Positions 57,122-64,000 of a stretch of 64,000 nucleotides of DNA are shown here, piece by piece. Position 1 is the stretch's first letter. Every line of letters starts with the position of its first letter. The notes under the pieces were generated by a model. That model was not told the origin of the DNA and did no database searches. It was given only the letters and a program-made list of their open reading frames with translations. The position numbers were made by a program, and so were the translations under genes. Origin of the DNA: Deltaproteobacteria bacterium. GTDB lineage: Bacteria > Myxococcota > JACRCW01. Where the stretch lies: the NCBI GenBank assembly GCA_016218805.1, contig JACRCW010000080.1:1-64000 (forward strand). Reading direction: 5' to 3'.

Positions 57122-58948
57122 TCACTCCTTCTTCGCGGTGCTGCGGATGAACAGTTCGGCCAGCTGTTTGTCACCGGCGGGCACCGGCGCACTGGTCATC
57201 AGGCAGGTGCCGTGCTGCGTCTTGGGGAACGGGATGACGTCGCGCAGGCTCTCCGCACCGCACAGCAGCATGCACAGGCGGTCCATGCCAATGGCCAGCC
57301 CGCCGTGTGGCGGCGCGCCGTACTTGAGCGCCTCCAGCAGGAAGCCAAACTTGTGGTTCGCCTCCTCCTCGCTGATGCCCATCGCCTTGAACACCTGCGC
57401 CTGCACGTCGCTGTCGCTGATGCGGATGGAGCCGCCGCCAATCTCGTTGCCGTTGATCACCAGGTCGTACGCACGCGCGCGGACTTCGCCCGGGCTGGTG
57501 AGCAGGAGGTCTTCGTGGCCGGGCTTGGGGCAGGTGAAGGGGTGGTGCGCCGCCGCGTAGGTGTCCGTCTCCGGGTCATGCTCAAACAGCGGGAAATCAT
57601 CCACCCACAACAGGTTCCACTTGCCGGCCGGCACCAGGTTGAACTTCTTGCCCAGCATCAGCCGCAGCCCACCCAGCACGGTGTTGACAATCTTGGGCCG
57701 CCCGAACTGCAGCAGGATGACGTCGCCCGGCACCGCGCCGCACGCCGCGTTGAGATCCTGGCGCAGCGCCTCGCTCACCGTCTTGGCAAACGGGCTCTGC
57801 GTCCACGCCCCGCCCTGGTCCACCTTGGCGCGCCCCAGGCCCGCCGCGCCCAGCGCCTTGGCATCACCCTCCAGCTTGTCCAACTCCGTGCGGGACGGCG
57901 CGTGGGCCGCCGGGATGCGCAGCGCCTTGATGATGTGCCCCTTGGTGCCCAGCGTGCTCTTGAACAGCGGTACGCCGCCGCCGTCGTGCTTGCGGCACAC
58001 CTCGGTGAGGTCCGTCAGCTCCAGGCCAAAGCGCGTGTCCGGCTTGTCGGAACCATAGCGGCCCATGGCCTCGTCGTACGGCATGACGGGCAGGGGCACG
58101 GGGAGGTCCACGTCCAGCGCGGCCTTGAAGACCTCCTTGATGAGCCCCTCAATGAGCGTGCGCACCAGCTTCTCCGTCGGGAAGCTCAGCTCAATATCAA
58201 TTTGCGTGAATTCCGGCTGGCGGTCCCCGCGCAGGTCCTCGTCACGGAAGCACTTGACGATTTGGAAATACCGGTCAAACCCGCTGACCATGAACAGCTG
58301 CTTGTACAACTGCGGGCTTTCCGCCAGCGCGTAGAAGTTCCCGGGGTTGAGGCGGGACGGCACCAGGAAGTTGCGCGCGCCGCCCGGCGTGTACTTCACC
58401 ATGTACGGCGTCTCCAGCTCCAGAAAGCCGTTGCGCTCCAGGTAGCTGCGCGTGACGCCGTTGACGCGGCTGCGCAGCAGGAAGTTCTTCTGCAGCTGCG
58501 GCCGGCGCAGGTCCAGGTAGCGGTACTTGAGCCGCTTCTCCTCGGCGGTGTCGATGTCGTCCTCAATGAGGAACGGCGGCGTCAGCGCGCGGTTGAAGAT
58601 CTCCATGGCGCTGACCTCCACTTCGATCTCGCCCGTCTTCAGCTTGGGGTTGGGACTGCCGCCGCTCTCCGTGCGGTCCAGCACCTTGCCGGTGATGCCA
58701 ATGACCCACTCGCCACGCAGCTCATGGGCGCTCTCATGCAGCGCGCTGTCCACCTCCGGTTTGAACACCAGCTGCGTGAGCCCGTTGCGGTCCCGCAGGT
58801 CCACCCAGCGGCGCCCGCCGTGGTCCCGGAAGCTGTGCACCCAGCCGGTGAGCGACACCACCCGCCCCACGTCGGCCCTGGTCAGCTCGTTGTTGTGGTG
58901 CGTGCGCGGGTGCGCCTCCAGCCAGGCCATTGTGGATGCATGGGACAC
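57122..58948 (-). CDS. aspS: Aspartate-tRNA ligase, probably non-discriminating
   Basis: RDHGG, YRYLDLRR, SPQLYKQ, FRDEDLR, GGGSIRI, PPHGG. Confidence 0.96.
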   Translation of the reverse strand: MSHASTMAWLEAHPRTHHNNELTRADVGRVVSLTGWVHSFRDHGGRRWVDLRDRNGLTQLVFKPEVDSALHESAHELRGEWVIGITGKVLDRTESGGSPNPKLKTGEIEVEVSAMEIFNRALTPPFLIEDDIDTAEEKRLKYRYLDLRRPQLQKNFLLRSRVNGVTRSYLERNGFLELETPYMVKYTPGGARNFLVPSRLNPGNFYALAESPQLYKQLFMVSGFDRYFQIVKCFRDEDLRGDRQPEFTQIDIELSFPTEKLVRTLIEGLIKEVFKAALDVDLPVPLPVMPYDEAMGRYGSDKPDTRFGLELTDLTEVCRKHDGGGVPLFKSTLGTKGHIIKALRIPAAHAPSRTELDKLEGDAKALGAAGLGRAKVDQGGAWTQSPFAKTVSEALRQDLNAACGAVPGDVILLQFGRPKIVNTVLGGLRLMLGKKFNLVPAGKWNLLWVDDFPLFEHDPETDTYAAAHHPFTCPKPGHEDLLLTSPGEVRARAYDLVINGNEIGGGSIRISDSDVQAQVFKAMGISEEEANHKFGFLLEALKYGAPPHGGLAIGMDRLCMLLCGAESLRDVIPFPKTQHGTCLMTSAPVPAGDKQLAELFIRSTAKKE

Positions 58949-59046
58949 GGCGTGCTCCTCCGGATTCTGCGTCGGGGATGTGCGTAGGGCCCGGCGACAA
59001 CGGGGGTCAAGCGCCCGGCCGCGCCCTCTGCTAGCCTGCGCCGCCC

Positions 59047-59994
59047 ATGGTCACACCCGCTACGTCCGCCAGCGCGCCCCACGTGGGGGACGCCCCGGCG
59101 TTCCTCTCCAGTGAAGCGGTGATGGCGCTCTCCGGGTTGTTTGTGCGCGCGCGCACCGTGGCGGACGGCGTGCTGGCCGGGATGCACCAGAGCCAGCGGC
59201 ACGGGCGCTCCGTGGAGTTTGCCGAACACAAAGTCTACACCCCCGGTGACGACGTGCGGCACCTGGACTGGAAGGCGTACGCGCGGTTTGACCGCTATTA
59301 CATCCGCCGCTTTCTTGAGGAGACCAGCCTGCGTGCGTTCCTGGTGGCGGACGTGTCCGGCTCCATGGCGTATGCGGGCGGTGCGCCGGGGAGCCGCCCG
59401 GGTATTGGCAAGGCGGACTACGCGCGCGTGCTGTGCGGGACGCTGGCCTGCCTGCTGGTGCGGCAGGCGGACACGGTGGGGTGCATGACGTTTGCGGACA
59501 CCGCGGGCCCCAAGACCGCCATCCGCGGCGGTGAACGCCAGCTCCATGAAGTCCTGGACAACCTTGCCTCCGCGCGCGTGGGCGGCCCCACCCACCCGGC
59601 CGAATCGCTCGCCGCCCTGGCCAGCCACGTGTCACGGCGAGCGCTGGTCGTCGTTGCCACGGACCTGCTGGACACCGGGTTGGAGATCCTTGAGCCGCTG
59701 GCCGCGCTGCGCAACCGCGGCGCGGACGTGGCGGTGTTCCACGTCATTCACCCGGATGAAGAGCACTTCCCGTATGACGGGCTCATCCGCTTCCTGGACC
59801 TGGAGGGTGAGCGCGAAACGCAGGTGGACGCGGCCGCGGTGCGCACCGCGTACCTGGAGGAGTTTGGCGCCTGGCTCACGGACGTGGAAAACCGCGCGCA
59901 TGACCGCGGCCTGGACTACCTGCGCGTGGGCACGGATGAGCCGCCGGCGCGCGCGCTGCTGCGCTTTTTGGAGCCGCGCCGCCACCTGGGGTAG
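59047..59994 (+). CDS. DUF58 (MoxR-associated, VWA-like) protein
   Basis: GRSVEFAEHKVYTPGDD, DWKAYAR, DVSGSM. Confidence 0.9.
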   Translation: MVTPATSASAPHVGDAPAFLSSEAVMALSGLFVRARTVADGVLAGMHQSQRHGRSVEFAEHKVYTPGDDVRHLDWKAYARFDRYYIRRFLEETSLRAFLVADVSGSMAYAGGAPGSRPGIGKADYARVLCGTLACLLVRQADTVGCMTFADTAGPKTAIRGGERQLHEVLDNLASARVGGPTHPAESLAALASHVSRRALVVVATDLLDTGLEILEPLAALRNRGADVAVFHVIHPDEEHFPYDGLIRFLDLEGERETQVDAAAVRTAYLEEFGAWLTDVENRAHDRGLDYLRVGTDEPPARALLRFLEPRRHLG

Positions 59995-60040
59995 GCCTGC
60001 CCATCGCGTTCATGCAGCCGTCAAACCACCCCACGGGCCT

Positions 60041-60087
60041 TGCTACCGTGAAGATTCGGTCGCGTGCGCCGAACTTTCGCGGTAGCA
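60041..60087. promoter_or_regulatory. 47-bp inverted repeat just upstream of the AAA ATPase start
   Basis: TGCTACCGTGAAG-A-TTCGG...CCGAA-C-TTTCGCGGTAGCA. Confidence 0.6.
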
Positions 60088-60094
60088 TGGACCC

Positions 60095-61246
60095 ATGCTG
60101 GGACGCCATGACGAGCTTTCCGAGTTGAAGCGCCTGCTGAAGCGCTTCCCGGTGGTGGCCATTGTTGGGCCACGGCAGGTGGGCAAGACCACGCTGGCGC
60201 TGCGGTTGCTTCGTGACATGCCCGGAACCCATCTTGATATGGAGAACCCCGCAGACGCGCGGAGAATGGAGGACCCTGCCACCACGCTCGGACCGTTGCG
60301 CGGCCTGGTGGTCATTGACGAGGTTCAGCGCCTTCCCGGGGTCTTTTCGCTCCTGCGTGTGCTGGCGGACCGGCCGCGGTCTCCCGCCCGGTTCCTGGTA
60401 CTCGGCAGCGCATCACCGGAGCTGCTGCGCCAATCCTCTGAGACGCTGGCCGGGCGTATGGCCTACCTGGACCTGTCGGGTTTCCTGCTGCGAGACACCG
60501 GTGCCCGCGCCTGGCGCAGACTCTGGCTGCGCGGCGGCTTTCCCAGGTCATTCCTGGCCCGCAGTGACGCGGACAGCTTTGAGTGGCGTCAGCACTTCCA
60601 GCGCACCTTCCTGGAGCGGGATCTGCCCCAGTTGGGCGTGACCACCGGCGCCGCCACCCTGGGCCGGTTCTGGGCCATGCTTGCTCACGTGCACGGCCAG
60701 GTGTGGAACGCGTCGCGCTTCGGCAGCGCGTTTGGCGTTGCGGACACCACGGCCCGCCGCTATCTGGACCTGCTTGAGGCGACCTTCATGGTGCAGGTCC
60801 TGCGCCCGTGGAGCGACAACCGGGGCAAGCGCCTGGTCAAGTCTCCCAAGGTGTACTTCCGGGACTCAGGCGTCCTCCACCAGCTCCTGGATGTCAGAAC
60901 TGGTGCGTCGTTGCTGGTGCACCCGGCCGTCGGGGCGTCCTTCGAGGGGTTCGCCCTCGCTCAGGTGATGGCCACCCTGGGCGCCACCCCACGGGAGTGC
61001 CACTTCTGGGCCACGCACCACGCCGCCGAGTTGGACCTCGTCGTTGAGCGCGCGGGCTCCCTGCTTGGCTTTGAGTTCAAGCATACGGTGGCGCCGCGCG
61101 TGACACCCTCCATGCGGATTGCCATGGAAGACCTGGGGCTCAAGCGGTTGGACGTCATCCACCTTGGCAAGGACACCTATCCTTTGGCCAAGGGGATTCG
61201 CGCCGTGTCGGTTGGCCGGGTGCTGGATGACGTCGGGCGGCTTTGA
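60095..61246 (+). CDS. AAA+ ATPase (AAA_14) with DUF4143 / nuclease-like C-terminus
   Basis: GPRQVGKTT, IDEVQ, LGSAS, RGGFP, KSPKVYFRDSG, ELDLV...FEFK. Confidence 0.9.
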   Translation: MLGRHDELSELKRLLKRFPVVAIVGPRQVGKTTLALRLLRDMPGTHLDMENPADARRMEDPATTLGPLRGLVVIDEVQRLPGVFSLLRVLADRPRSPARFLVLGSASPELLRQSSETLAGRMAYLDLSGFLLRDTGARAWRRLWLRGGFPRSFLARSDADSFEWRQHFQRTFLERDLPQLGVTTGAATLGRFWAMLAHVHGQVWNASRFGSAFGVADTTARRYLDLLEATFMVQVLRPWSDNRGKRLVKSPKVYFRDSGVLHQLLDVRTGASLLVHPAVGASFEGFALAQVMATLGATPRECHFWATHHAAELDLVVERAGSLLGFEFKHTVAPRVTPSMRIAMEDLGLKRLDVIHLGKDTYPLAKGIRAVSVGRVLDDVGRL

Positions 61247-61341
61247 CCGGCTGACGTCCTGGGCGGATGTCTCATCCGAACCCCGGGGCGGTGCGGGATT
61301 GCCTGGACCCGGCTCGTGCGCGCCGCAGGCTCCCTCGCGGC

Positions 61342-63267
<1,926 letters not shown>

Positions 63268-63408
63268 GGCTGCTCTCTCCTCGTTCCGGGCCCGGGCGGC
63301 CGTGCCGCCCATGGGACTTGTCGTCCGCCCGCACGGCGCACCCGCGCGTGGCGTATCCTTGGTTTCTGCCTCGTTCCCCGCGGTCGCCCCGGGGTCGTTA
63401 CCGCGCGC

Positions 63409-63436
63409 ACCATAAGCACCCCGGGCCGCCCGTCAA
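63409..63436 (-). promoter_or_regulatory. Candidate dnaK promoter (TTGACG-N16-TATGGT)
   Basis: Sigma70-like hexamers about 140 nt upstream of dnaK. Confidence 0.35.
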
Positions 63437-63486
63437 GGGGTGGAGACGCTCATCGGCACGGGGCTGGCATGCGGAAAACCGCCCGT

Positions 63487-63999
63487 TCAGCCCTGGTCGT
63501 CCTGGTACACGCGAACCTGGCTCACCTGGTACTGCCGCCTGCCCGCCGCCCTTTCCGGAATGCGGTCGCGCACGGCCCCCTGGTGGGACCTGGGGGCGGG
63601 CGGATCACGCCGCTCAAACAGTTCCCCGTTGTCCCCGTCCACGTAGAAGCGCCGCTCCCCGCCGTCGCCCGGGTCGTTGAACCTGTAGAACACCTTGCCA
63701 TCGGCGTCGTAGTCGCGCCCCTTGACCACGACAAAGTGGTCCGTCACCCGGTCCCTGTTGGCCTCGCCGCCGGGCGCCTTCCCCTGTGCACGGTTGGCCC
63801 GTTGCTGCTCCCGGTCCTTATAGCTGACACCCACCAGCACCGGCCGCCCGCGGTCCAGGCAAGTGTCGATGTAGTTGCGCCCGATCTGGGCCTGCAGCGG
63901 ATTGACCAGGACGCGGCCGTCGTCATCCTCTTCGTCCGCAACCTGGATGGCTGAATAGGGCCCCGCCAGGCGCGGTCCCGTTTCGCCATTGGCGTCGTC
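63487..63999 (-). CDS. C-terminal part of a C39/papain-like peptidase-fold protein (partial, runs off the window)
   Basis: Frame open to the window edge: IDTCLDRGRPVLVGV...DHFVVVKG...YRFNDP. Confidence 0.6.
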   Translation of the reverse strand, partial: DDANGETGPRLAGPYSAIQVADEEDDDGRVLVNPLQAQIGRNYIDTCLDRGRPVLVGVSYKDREQQRANRAQGKAPGGEANRDRVTDHFVVVKGRDYDADGKVFYRFNDPGDGGERRFYVDGDNGELFERRDPPAPRSHQGAVRDRIPERAAGRRQYQVSQVRVYQDDQG

Positions 64000-64000
64000 C

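Overview
High-GC (about 70% by eye) bacterial chromosomal segment whose gene content (PilZ-Ser/Thr kinase-PEGA, Cys-rich lipoproteins) suggests a Myxococcota/deltaproteobacterial organism; this is inference. Core genes include rimK, a selenocysteine-recoded selD missed by the ORF track, ugd, pyk, batBCDE, fabF, exbB-exbD-tonB, phoBR divergent from pstSCAB-phoU with a Pho box, napA plus an unusual lipoprotein napB, an amino-acid ABC transporter, glpAB, aspS, a DUF58 gene, an AAA+/DUF4143 ATPase and dnaK. A compositionally distinct island at about 21.0-27.7 kb is rich in TCGA, which the flanks avoid. It carries tandem secreted fibre-like paralogues with a conserved N-terminus and swapped C-terminal tips (two intact, one frameshifted, one 5' stub), an Rpn/YhgA gene with an internal antitoxin start plus a second degenerate copy of that module, and a RelE/ParE toxin-antitoxin pair. 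Other oddities are a GAPDH-like protein lacking the catalytic Cys, a 22-bp-period repeat array and several long palindromes upstream of DNA-binding genes. No rRNA, tRNA or CRISPR array was seen. Family calls come from motif recognition, not database searches.
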